A DNA stretch of 26,705 nucleotides from the NCBI GenBank assembly GCA_017480395.1, contig JAFVAS010000311.1, positions 1-26,705 of the forward strand, read 5' to 3'. Position 1 is the first letter of the stretch. Each line of letters starts with the position of its first letter. This stretch comes from Oscillospiraceae bacterium. Its GTDB lineage: Bacteria > Bacillota > Clostridia > Oscillospirales > Oscillospiraceae. The notes under the pieces were generated by a model. The model saw only the letters and a program-made list of their open reading frames with translations, had not been told where the DNA came from and did not search any database. The position numbers and the translations under genes are program-made. Of the stretch, positions 14,829 to 22,940 are shown in pieces.

Positions 14829-16712
14829 ATGGCATTTGAGCAACTGGGAAAGACGCTGAAGCAGCTGGGCAAGAGCACAAAATCCGGCGCCGAGCGGGTG
14901 GTCGGGGTCTACTCCATCCAGACCAAGCTGAACGACGAGAAGAAAAAGCTGAACAAGCTGTTTCAGAAGGTCGGCAAGGCGTATTATGAGCAGGCGGCCG
15001 ACGCCCCCGACGCCGGCTTTGCCGAGGATTTTGCGGCCATCGCCGCATCCCTGCAAACCATTGACGCCCTGAACGATCAGCTTCGCCAGGTCAAGGCCGT
15101 GCGCGCCTGCCCGGAGTGCGGCCGGGCGGCCTCTGCGGGGGAGAATTTCTGCCCCGCCTGCGGCACGAAGCTGCCGGTGCCCGCCGTTGACGAGCCGGAG
15201 CCCGAGGCGGCCCAGGACAGGGCCCCCGCAGCCGAGCCGGCGGCCGCGGCGGAGCTGATCGCATCCACCACCTATGGCCAGGTGCAGGGTGTTGCGGAAA
15301 ACGGCTATGTGGCCTTTAAGGGCATCCCCTTTGCCAAGCCGCCCGTGGGTGCGCTGCGCTTCAAGCCGCCGGTAGACCCGGAGGGCTGGGAGGGCGTCCG
15401 CGTCTGCGACACCTACGGCCCCATTGAGCCCCGCCCGGTCTCCTCCGTCGGCGGCGTGGTGGGCGGCAGCTCAGACATCCCCTGCTCCGAGGACTGCCTG
15501 TATCTGAACGTCTATACCCCGGCGGTGGACGGCAAAAAACGCCCCGTGCTGTTCAACATCCACGGCGGCGCCTTCCAGACCGGCGACCACTCCCTGAACT
15601 CCGACCCGGCGGGAACCACCGCCATGGACTGCATTCTGGTCACCGCCAGCTACCGCCTGGGTGTGCTGGGCTTTTTGCAGCTCGACCGCTATCTGGGGGA
15701 GGAATACATCCAGTCCGGAAACAGCGGTATGCTGGACATCATCAAGGCGCTGGAATGGGTTCACGCCAATATCGAGCACTTCGGCGGCGACCCGGAGAAG
15801 GTCACGGTGGCGGGACAGTCCGCCGGGGCCAAGATGGCCAGCGCCCTGCTCTGCACCCCGAAGGCCAAGGGCCTGTTCAGCGCCGTCATGATGGACAGCG
15901 GTGCCACCAGCGCCATCCGGGACATCCACACGGCCCAGGAGATCGCCGAGCGGTTCGCCTCCGCCTATGGCCTGACCAAGGAAAACGCCCGGGAGAAGCT
16001 GCTGGATGCCCCCTGGGAGACGCTGATGGAGCACCAGGGCGTGCTGTTCGCCGGGCCGTCCCTCCAGAATCTCGGCCCCGTCTTTGACGGAATCAACTTC
16101 GAGGGCGAGGATGCGCTGGAGATCATCCGCTCCGGCAAGGCCAACTATGTCACCATGCTGGGCGGCTACAACCGGGACGAGTATTCCAGCCTCATGGCCT
16201 ACTATCCCATAAAGAGCGTGGACGACCTGGTGGGCTTCTTCGGCCGGAACACCCCCTATATCATGACCGTACTCGAAAAGTACCATATCGAGGGCGACAT
16301 GGATCGGCTGGTCGCCATCGTCTCCCGGTACTTCTACGGCTTCCCCTGCATCGACATGTTCGACGCCTTTGCCCAGGCGGATCAGGGCAACAAGATGTAC
16401 CTCTACCGCTTTGACTGGGACTGCGGCGGCAACGGCGCGGGCCACACCCTCTGCTCCGGCATCGCCACGGGCTGCACCGCGGTGATGGATCCGCGGGTCA
16501 CCAGCTATCCTGACTACGACGTGGTGTATCAGCAGACGGCGGCCATGTGGAACGCGTTCATCCAAACGCAGAATCCCAACGTCCCCGAGCTGCCGGAGTG
16601 GGAGCCCTATCAGAAGGACACCCGCCTGGCCATGTTTATCGACAAGGAGAGCCATGTGGGCGAGATCGAACACACCGACCCCAACATCTCCACCCAGACG
16701 CTGCGGCTCTGA
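14829..16712 (+). CDS. Type-B carboxylesterase with an N-terminal coiled-coil/zinc-ribbon fusion (627 aa)
   Basis: N-terminal CPECG...FCPACG; esterase motifs FKGIPFAKPPVGALRF, SEDCLYLNVYTP, HGGAF, GQSAG (Ser), NRDE (Glu), GAGH (His). AAAGGAGG RBS. Confidence 0.9.
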   Translation: MAFEQLGKTLKQLGKSTKSGAERVVGVYSIQTKLNDEKKKLNKLFQKVGKAYYEQAADAPDAGFAEDFAAIAASLQTIDALNDQLRQVKAVRACPECGRAASAGENFCPACGTKLPVPAVDEPEPEAAQDRAPAAEPAAAAELIASTTYGQVQGVAENGYVAFKGIPFAKPPVGALRFKPPVDPEGWEGVRVCDTYGPIEPRPVSSVGGVVGGSSDIPCSEDCLYLNVYTPAVDGKKRPVLFNIHGGAFQTGDHSLNSDPAGTTAMDCILVTASYRLGVLGFLQLDRYLGEEYIQSGNSGMLDIIKALEWVHANIEHFGGDPEKVTVAGQSAGAKMASALLCTPKAKGLFSAVMMDSGATSAIRDIHTAQEIAERFASAYGLTKENAREKLLDAPWETLMEHQGVLFAGPSLQNLGPVFDGINFEGEDALEIIRSGKANYVTMLGGYNRDEYSSLMAYYPIKSVDDLVGFFGRNTPYIMTVLEKYHIEGDMDRLVAIVSRYFYGFPCIDMFDAFAQADQGNKMYLYRFDWDCGGNGAGHTLCSGIATGCTAVMDPRVTSYPDYDVVYQQTAAMWNAFIQTQNPNVPELPEWEPYQKDTRLAMFIDKESHVGEIEHTDPNISTQTLRL

Positions 16713-16727
16713 TCGATACCATCAAAC

Positions 16728-16764
16728 CGTGCGCTTCAGGGCGAAAAACGCCCTGGAGCGCACG
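16728..16764. repeat. 16-bp intergenic stem-loop between the esterase and AEC transporter genes
   Basis: CGTGCGCTTCAGGGCG-AAAAA-CGCCCTGGAGCGCACG (one G-U pair). No strong U-tract. Confidence 0.65.
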
Positions 16765-16784
16765 TTCACTATGGAGGAATTTCC

Positions 16785-17699
16785 ATGTCCACTTCTTTGA
16801 TTTTACTGCAGCAGGTGCTGATCATGTTTCTGCTGGCCGCCGTGGGCTTTCTGGCCTTCCGCGCCGGGAAGATCACCAACGAGGGCGCGAAAACCATCGG
16901 AAATCTGCTGATCTATGTGTCCCTTCCGGCGGTCATTGTCAAGGGCTTTCTGGTGGAGCGCACCCCCCAGCGGCTCACCGGGCTGCTGGTCAGCATGCTG
17001 GTGTGCGCCGCCGTGCTGGGGCTGTGTGTGCTGATCTCGCGGCTTCTCTTTCGAAAGGACCCCATCGCCGCCTTTGGCTCCGCCTTCTCCAACCCCGGCT
17101 TTTTCGGCATCCCGCTGATCACCGCCGTGCTGGATGACAGCGCGGTCTTCTATGTGGCTCCGTTCATCGCGTTTCTGAACCTGCTCCAGTGGAGCTATGG
17201 GGTCTCCCTGCTCACCGGGGAGAAGGCCGGACTGAAGCCGAAATCCGTGTTCACCGCCCCCTTTATGATCGCCATTCTGGCGGGCCTGGTGCTGTTCTTC
17301 ACGCAGCTTCCGCTGCCCACGATCCTCACCAAGACCCTGGACGCCTGCGCCGGGCTGAACACGCCGCTGGCCATGTTCTCCGTGGGGATCTATCTGGCCC
17401 AGTGTCGGTTCGGTCACATGCTGAAAAACGGGAAGGTTTATGCGGTGTCTGCGGTGCGGCTGGTGCTGATCCCCCTCGCCGCCCTGCTGCTCATGACGGC
17501 GGTTCCCGGCATCCACCCGGACATCCGCCTGTCGGTTCTGATCGCTGTGGCCTGCCCGGTGGGCTCCAACCTGGCGGTGTACGCCCAGCTCCACGACAAG
17601 GACTACACCTACGCCGTGGAGACCGTGGCCGTGTCCACGCTGCTGAGCATCGTGTCCATTCCGCTGATCGTTCAGGCGGCAAGCCTTCTGTGGGGATAA
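16785..17699 (+). CDS. AEC (auxin efflux carrier / malate permease) family transporter
   Basis: YVSLPA, FSNPGFFG.PL, PL.MFSVG, ACPVGSN; about 10 TM helices. GGAGG RBS. Confidence 0.9.
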   Translation: MSTSLILLQQVLIMFLLAAVGFLAFRAGKITNEGAKTIGNLLIYVSLPAVIVKGFLVERTPQRLTGLLVSMLVCAAVLGLCVLISRLLFRKDPIAAFGSAFSNPGFFGIPLITAVLDDSAVFYVAPFIAFLNLLQWSYGVSLLTGEKAGLKPKSVFTAPFMIAILAGLVLFFTQLPLPTILTKTLDACAGLNTPLAMFSVGIYLAQCRFGHMLKNGKVYAVSAVRLVLIPLAALLLMTAVPGIHPDIRLSVLIAVACPVGSNLAVYAQLHDKDYTYAVETVAVSTLLSIVSIPLIVQAASLLWG

Positions 17700-17790
17700 C
17701 CAAAATACTGCGGCGGAGACGGTTCCGTCCGGTTTCCCCCTCTGTCGAAGACGATCTGTCCCCATCCTGCCACCCCACGGCAGACCAACA

Positions 17791-17827
17791 AAGCCCCTGA
17801 TCCCTGCAATGCAGGGATCAGGGGCTT
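17791..17827. terminator. 17-bp perfect inverted repeat between convergent genes, probable bidirectional terminator
   Basis: AAGCCCCTGATCCCTGC-aat-GCAGGGATCAGGGGCTT. The flanking U-tracts are short. Confidence 0.68.
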
Positions 17828-17880
17828 CGCTTCGTCAACATGGGATCGCCCGCAGCATCGTCCCGTGGCCTCGGCCAGCC

Positions 17881-19173
17881 TCAGGAGAGAATGCCGTACT
17901 GATAGGCCTCGGCGCGCAGCTGCTCCCGGAAGTCGGGATGGGCGATGGAAATCAGGGCCTCCGCCCGCTCCCGGATGGAGCGGCCCCGCAGCTCCGCCAC
18001 GCCGTACTCGGTGATGATGGTGTCGGCCAGATTGCGGGAGATGGAGACGGCGGCGCCGGGGGTGAGGATGCTCTTGATCTTGGAGATCCTTCCCCCCTTG
18101 GCGGTGGAGGTGAAGGCCACGATCCCCCGTCCGCCCCGGGAGTGCATCGCGCCATAGGCGTAGTCCGCCGCGCCGCCGGTGCCGGAGAACTGCACAGGGC
18201 CAATGGACTCGGAGCAGATCTGCCCGGTGATGTCGATCTCCATGGCGGTGTTGATGGAGATCATGTGGTCGTTCTGGGAGATGACAAAGGGGTCGTTGCC
18301 ATAATGGCAGGAGACCAGGCGGCAGTTGGGGTCGGTGGCCACCGTCTCATAGAGCTGCTCGTCCCCCAGGCAGAAGGTGGCGATGTGCTGGAAGCGGTTG
18401 AGGTTTTTCTTTCGACCGGTGACATTGCCGTTTTTGATGAGGTCGGCCATGGTGGAGGTAAACACCTCCGTGTGGATGCCCAGGTCGTTCTTGTCCCGCA
18501 GAAAGCCCCCCACCGCGTCGGGCAGGCCGCCGATGCCCAGCTGGATGCAGTCGCCGTCGTGGATCAGGTCGGCGATGTAACGACCGATCTTCTGGTCCAT
18601 CTCGGTGGGGACGCTGCGGGGAATGGTGAAGATGGGCTTGGGCGAGAGGAAGAAGCCCGTCACCCGGCTCAGAGGGATCTCCAGCCCGCCCTTCACCCGC
18701 TTGAAGTTGGGGTTGACCTCCAGGATCACCTTGTCCGCGCAGGCGAAGGCCTCCTTCTCAAACATCTTGCAGTAGGGGATCTGGAAGGAGGCGTCCTCCA
18801 TATCCGTCACCTGGGCGACGAAGACGTTGTTGGGCTTGTAGGATACCCGCTCCGCCATGTAGTTGTGCAGGTCCGAGGGGATGTAAGACGCGATGCCCAG
18901 GGCGTGGCCCTCCCGCATGTTCTTGGCGTAGAAGTGTCCCACCGTCAGCACATGGCCCTTCGTGGCCGGATCTCGCAGGTACTCATACTCGTTGTCCTTG
19001 CTCTTGACGACGGTGACGTCGTGGAGCTCCGGGACAATTTTGATCAGGTCAGTCAAAAAGGCCGTCGGCTCGGTGGCCACGCCGGAGACGGCGATGGTAT
19101 CCCCCGATTCGATGAGGGCCAGGCACTCGTCCAGGGTGCGTTTTTTCATTTCATAGACATCTTGATACCGCAT
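17881..19173 (-). CDS. Acetyl-CoA hydrolase/transferase family CoA-transferase (4-hydroxybutyrate CoA-transferase-like), 430 aa
   Basis: QLGIGGLPDAV, DLGIHTE (catalytic Glu), INTAMEIDITGQ, SGTGG..D, VITEYG.AELRG. Start re-called to ATG 19173 (GGAGG RBS). Confidence 0.92.
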   Translation of the reverse strand: MRYQDVYEMKKRTLDECLALIESGDTIAVSGVATEPTAFLTDLIKIVPELHDVTVVKSKDNEYEYLRDPATKGHVLTVGHFYAKNMREGHALGIASYIPSDLHNYMAERVSYKPNNVFVAQVTDMEDASFQIPYCKMFEKEAFACADKVILEVNPNFKRVKGGLEIPLSRVTGFFLSPKPIFTIPRSVPTEMDQKIGRYIADLIHDGDCIQLGIGGLPDAVGGFLRDKNDLGIHTEVFTSTMADLIKNGNVTGRKKNLNRFQHIATFCLGDEQLYETVATDPNCRLVSCHYGNDPFVISQNDHMISINTAMEIDITGQICSESIGPVQFSGTGGAADYAYGAMHSRGGRGIVAFTSTAKGGRISKIKSILTPGAAVSISRNLADTIITEYGVAELRGRSIRERAEALISIAHPDFREQLRAEAYQYGILS

Positions 19174-19207
19174 GGCGATTCCTCCGTGTGCATTTGACAT
19201 TATGAAT

Positions 19208-19236
19208 AGAATACCACGTTTCGTTCCAGGAGACAA
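19208..19236 (-). promoter_or_regulatory. Sigma-A promoter of the CoA-transferase gene
   Basis: TTGTCT-N17-TATTCT with extended TG. Confidence 0.55.
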
Positions 19237-19249
19237 ATGCCGATCACAC

Positions 19250-19278
19250 TTGATTTGTTATAGATAAAATGCTATAAT
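19250..19278 (+). promoter_or_regulatory. Sigma-A promoter of lysR
   Basis: TTGATT-N17-TATAAT with extended TG. Confidence 0.65.
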
Positions 19279-19301
19279 GAAGACAGATAGGAGGCATGAA
19301 A

Positions 19302-20198
19302 ATGACATCTCTGCAAATCACCTATTTTTTAAAAGTGTGCGAGTATATGAGCTTCTCCCGGGCGGCCCAGACCCTGTTCGTCTCCCAGCCCTCGGTCTCC
19401 CGCCAGATTCAGATGCTGGAGCAGGAGCTGGAGGTCAAGCTCTTCGACCGCTCCCGCCGCAACGCCATCCGGCTGACCACCGCCGGGGTGCTCTTTCGGG
19501 ACAGCTTTCTGCGCTCTCGGGAGTCCTTTGATCAGGCCATGGCCGCCGCCCGGGCCCGCCAGAGCGGCGACCTGCTGGAGCTCCGGGTGGGCGTCGGCTA
19601 CGGCTGGGACATGAGCCGCCAGATGCTGGCGTTCCGCCGCCAGATCGCGGAGCACTATCCCAGCGCCCAGCTGACCTTCGAGATGTACTCCTTTCAGGAG
19701 CTCCACGCCCGCCTCCAGCGGGGGAAGCTGGATGTGATGCTGTGCACCCAAACCTGCGTAAAATACTTTGAAAACATCGAGATTTACACCCTTGGCAACA
19801 TGGAGAGCACCATCTACGTCCGCCGGGGCCTGCTGCGCCCGGCGGGGGAGAAGCTGCAGCTCTCCGACTTTCACGACCAGGATCTGCTGGTGCTGCCCGA
19901 GGATGAGTCCCCCATGGCCGGAGAGTTCATTCTGCTCCAGTTCCAGAGCCACCGGGTGCGGCCCAATGTGGTCACGCTGCCCAATCGGGAGAGCATCTAT
20001 CAGGCGCTGCTGATGGGGGACGGGTTCACCGTCTTCGACGATTTCACCTCCTTCGCCGACGACCCCCGGCTGGAAAGCTGCCTGCTGGAGGATCACATCC
20101 CCCTCTGCGCCGTGTGGCGGAAGGGGGACAACAACCCGCTGCTGCGCCTGTTCGGAGAGGTCATGTCGGAGGCGATGGCCCTGGGCCGGGGCAAATGA
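19302..20198 (+). CDS. LysR family transcriptional regulator (298 aa)
   Basis: HTH: SFSRAAQTLFVSQPSVSRQIQMLEQELEVKLFDRS...LT.AG. Start re-called to the second ATG (19302) from RBS spacing. Confidence 0.93.
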   Translation: MTSLQITYFLKVCEYMSFSRAAQTLFVSQPSVSRQIQMLEQELEVKLFDRSRRNAIRLTTAGVLFRDSFLRSRESFDQAMAAARARQSGDLLELRVGVGYGWDMSRQMLAFRRQIAEHYPSAQLTFEMYSFQELHARLQRGKLDVMLCTQTCVKYFENIEIYTLGNMESTIYVRRGLLRPAGEKLQLSDFHDQDLLVLPEDESPMAGEFILLQFQSHRVRPNVVTLPNRESIYQALLMGDGFTVFDDFTSFADDPRLESCLLEDHIPLCAVWRKGDNNPLLRLFGEVMSEAMALGRGK

Positions 20199-20239
20199 AT
20201 TCTTTTTATCCTTTCGGTAAAAAATTTTTCTCGAATCCA

Positions 20240-20268
20240 TTGACTTTATACGCTATCTTTGATAACAT
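20240..20268 (+). promoter_or_regulatory. Sigma-A promoter of the crotonase-family gene
   Basis: TTGACT-N17-TAACAT with extended TG. Confidence 0.6.
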
Positions 20269-20319
20269 GGGCCTACGGCCACATTTGGCAAACTGCTTTA
20301 CAAATTGGAGGTAATCGAT

Positions 20320-21342
20320 ATGGCACCCTTAGCTGATTACGCGAAATTGCCCGAGCTGGAGGAGTACGGCGCATGGTTCAAGGACTTTGCCGACCTGTAC
20401 CGTGAGGACGGCATTCTGCAGGTCACCTGGAAGACCAAGGATCTGCCCATGCACCACTCCGGCATGTCCCACCGGGCCATCTCCCAGCTGGTCCGCATGC
20501 TGAGCATGGACTGGAAGAATGAGATCATCATCTTCACCCACCTGGGCGACAGCTGGATGATCGAGTCCGACCCCGAGGGCTGGGAGACCTACTCCGAGCT
20601 GCCCACCCAGCGCTTCCAGCACCAGTACTTTGACGACACCAACCTGATCAAGAACATGGTGTTCGATCTGGACGTCCCCACCATCGGCGCCGTCCCCGGC
20701 CCCGGCTTCCACTGGGATACCGCCTTCATGAGCGACATCACCATCGTCTCCGAGGACACCTGGATCGAGACCCCCCATGCCCACGGCGGCCTGGTGCCCG
20801 GTGACGGCATGGGCCTGATGATGCAGCACTATTTTGGCACCAAGCGCGGCAACTACTACATGATGACCACCCGCCAGGTCACCGGCCAGCAGCTGGTGGA
20901 CTGGGGTATGGCCTCTGAGGTTGTGGCCAAGGATCAGGTCATGCCCCGCGCCTGGGAGATCGCCCGGATGTGGAAGAAGATGTCCTACGAGAACCGCTGC
21001 ATCATGTCCAACCTGGCCAAGCGGCCGCTGAAGAACCTGCTGATGGACAGCCTGAAGCTGCACACCGTCTCCGAGCAGTACGCCTCTCTGCTCCGCGTCG
21101 CCGCCGGTGACCTGGGCGACGAGAACTCCGCCCAGCAGGACGAGAAGTACATCTCCCGCACCAACGCGTGGCGCTACACCTACCCCTACATGCAGCAGCC
21201 CATGACCCGGGAGACCTGGCAGACCTTCCGCACCGCGCCCATCGAGTGGTTCAAGAAGGTGGAGCGTGGCGAGGAGGTCAACCCCCACGGCCACAACGAG
21301 GACCCCGGCTACTACAAGCCCTATCGTCCCACCAAGGCTTAA
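20320..21342 (+). CDS. Crotonase-superfamily protein most similar to the 6-oxocamphor hydrolase / beta-diketone hydrolase subfamily (340 aa)
   Basis: REDGILQVT, DVPTIGAVPGP.FH, SDITI, TPH..GGLVPGDG, RGNYYMMT.....A...DWG..SEV, MPRAWEIAR. Start re-called to ATG 20320 (GGAGG RBS). Confidence 0.8.
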   Translation: MAPLADYAKLPELEEYGAWFKDFADLYREDGILQVTWKTKDLPMHHSGMSHRAISQLVRMLSMDWKNEIIIFTHLGDSWMIESDPEGWETYSELPTQRFQHQYFDDTNLIKNMVFDLDVPTIGAVPGPGFHWDTAFMSDITIVSEDTWIETPHAHGGLVPGDGMGLMMQHYFGTKRGNYYMMTTRQVTGQQLVDWGMASEVVAKDQVMPRAWEIARMWKKMSYENRCIMSNLAKRPLKNLLMDSLKLHTVSEQYASLLRVAAGDLGDENSAQQDEKYISRTNAWRYTYPYMQQPMTRETWQTFRTAPIEWFKKVERGEEVNPHGHNEDPGYYKPYRPTKA

Positions 21343-21384
21343 TCCACCGGCCGAGGGGCTTGCCCCCTCCCGGCTTCAAGAGAG

Positions 21385-21418
21385 AAAAGCCGCCGCAGCT
21401 CAGCTGCGGCGGCTTTTT
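21385..21418 (+). terminator. Intrinsic (bidirectional-type) terminator
   Basis: AAAAGCCGCCGCAGC-tca-GCTGCGGCGGCTTTTT. Confidence 0.88.
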
Positions 21419-21672
21419 CGCGTATCAGGCCCTATTCCAGCCCAGGAAATGCCCATGTCCTTCGGCGCAAAGGACGGCTCTGTCCCATCTCAATGGCGGT
21501 ACAGGGGGAGGCCATGTCGTCGGGGATAATTAGGTTGTCATAGGGGAAACCCCGCTGATCCAGCCGCGGGTCCGCCTCCGAACGGGCCGCGTCGGTGGCA
21601 AAGCCAATACGATCAACAGGAACCGGGAATGAGGCCTATTCCTAATCGGAAACGCCTTTTCTCCCCCGCGGG

Positions 21673-21701
21673 TTGCCTGATCGAACAATTGAGGATACAA
21701 T
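21673..21701 (+). promoter_or_regulatory. Sigma-A promoter of the DUF2500-like gene
   Basis: TTGCCT-N17-TACAAT. Confidence 0.55.
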
Positions 21702-21731
21702 AGTGTCACCACGGATATGTAGGAGGAAGAT

Positions 21732-22067
21732 ATGCTTGCAAATGTCATCGCCATTGTGCTCTGCCTGCTGCTGGGGGCCGGATTTGTCTTCTTTCGGTAT
21801 CGGGAATACCGCGCGGCAGCGCAGCAAACGCCGGATGAGACCATTCAGCGGCGTGGGGTTTTGGTCAAGCTCCGGCTGCGCTGGACCTTCGCGCTGCTGG
21901 GCCGGGCAAAGATGACCGCCTGGTTTCAGGCGGAGGACGGCTCCACCGCAGTCTATCAGGTGCCCACGCTGCAAATCTATCACAGCCTCAAAAAGGACGT
22001 GCCCGGGACGGTGACCTGCTGCCGGGATTACCTGCTCTCCTTTGAGCCGGACACGACCGAAGCATAA
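21732..22067 (+). CDS. Small single-pass membrane protein, DUF2500-like (111 aa)
   Basis: N-terminal TM helix, then a beta-rich domain (..WF..EDG....Y.V....Y..L.....GT.T..R.YLLSFE). AGGAGG RBS, own promoter and terminator. Confidence 0.65.
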   Translation: MLANVIAIVLCLLLGAGFVFFRYREYRAAAQQTPDETIQRRGVLVKLRLRWTFALLGRAKMTAWFQAEDGSTAVYQVPTLQIYHSLKKDVPGTVTCCRDYLLSFEPDTTEA

Positions 22068-22078
22068 GCAAAGCATAA

Positions 22079-22122
22079 GAAATCCCGTTCGATGGCTCGA
22101 ACGGGATTTCGTCTTGTTTTTT
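22079..22122. terminator. Intrinsic terminator between the convergent DUF2500-like and SDR genes
   Basis: 14-bp stem GAAATCCCGTTCGA-tggc-TCGAACGGGATTTC followed by GTCTTGTTTTTT. Confidence 0.8.
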
Positions 22123-22130
22123 CGACTGTT

Positions 22131-22928
22131 TCAGTAGAAGCCCTTATCCACCAGCAGCCATTGCCCGGTCACCGCGCTGGAGTCTTCGCTGGCAAAAAAC
22201 AGGATCGCCTTGGCCTGATCCTCCGCCGCAAGAAAGCCGATGCTCTGATCCACATGGCGGGAGCAGATGTGGGTGAACTCGGTGTCAAACCGGGGATCAT
22301 TGGGCAGGCCGTCCTCCCCCATCTCCTCCGGCTTCAGCTCGGTCATGCCGGTGGTGGTGGGGCCGGGGCAGATGGTGTTGCACCGAATCCCGGCGCCCAC
22401 ATACTGCATGGCGATGTTCTTGCTCAGGCTGACCACCGCGTGCTTGGAGGAGGAATAGGCCGCCCCGGAATTCCCGGAGATGCCCGCCACGGAGGAGATG
22501 TTTACGATGGAGCCCTCCCCCTGCTTCTCCATCTGCTTCAGCACCTCCCGGCAGCAGTAGAACACGCCGGTCTGGTTGATGGCCACGGTGCGGTCCCACA
22601 GCTCGTCGGAGGTGCGCAGCACCGAGGAGTTGTAATCCAGCACACCCGCGCTGTGGACGGACACATCGATGCGCCCGAAGGCCTGCACCACCTGCTCCAC
22701 CGCCGCCCTGACCTGGGCAGAGGAGGTCACGTTGCAGGGGATGGCGATGGCCTGGCACCCCATCGCCCGCAGCTCCTCCGCCACAGCGTCAAATTTCCCG
22801 TCGCCCTTGTCCAGATCCAGCAGGGCGATGCCCGCCGCGCCCTCCCGGGCGAACAGTCTGGCGCTGGCGGCGCCGATGCCGGAGTTGCCGCCGGAGATCA
22901 GCGCGTATTTCCCTTTCATGCGATCCAT
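22131..22928 (-). CDS. Classical SDR oxidoreductase, NAD(H)-type fingerprint (265 aa)
   Basis: SGGNSGIG, acidic end of beta-2 (LLDLD), catalytic YSSSK, GIRCNTICPG. GAGGAGG RBS. Confidence 0.93.
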   Translation of the reverse strand: MDRMKGKYALISGGNSGIGAASARLFAREGAAGIALLDLDKGDGKFDAVAEELRAMGCQAIAIPCNVTSSAQVRAAVEQVVQAFGRIDVSVHSAGVLDYNSSVLRTSDELWDRTVAINQTGVFYCCREVLKQMEKQGEGSIVNISSVAGISGNSGAAYSSSKHAVVSLSKNIAMQYVGAGIRCNTICPGPTTTGMTELKPEEMGEDGLPNDPRFDTEFTHICSRHVDQSIGFLAAEDQAKAILFFASEDSSAVTGQWLLVDKGFY

Positions 22929-22940
22929 AACGACACCTCC

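Noticed and set aside
19180-19250. LysR T-N11-A operator between the CoA-transferase gene and lysR
   Set aside because: Only a weak CAT-N8-ATG dyad was found, which is not distinguishable from background in AT-rich DNA.
21420-21660. Unexplained ~240-bp intergenic stretch with small hairpins, GCAAA motifs and an imperfect direct repeat AGGCC(C)TATTCC (21427-21438, 21632-21642)
   Set aside because: It does not fit the c-di-GMP-I riboswitch layout, has no credible ORF and no terminal inverted repeats. The repeat is short enough to be chance. An Rfam/Infernal scan would settle it.
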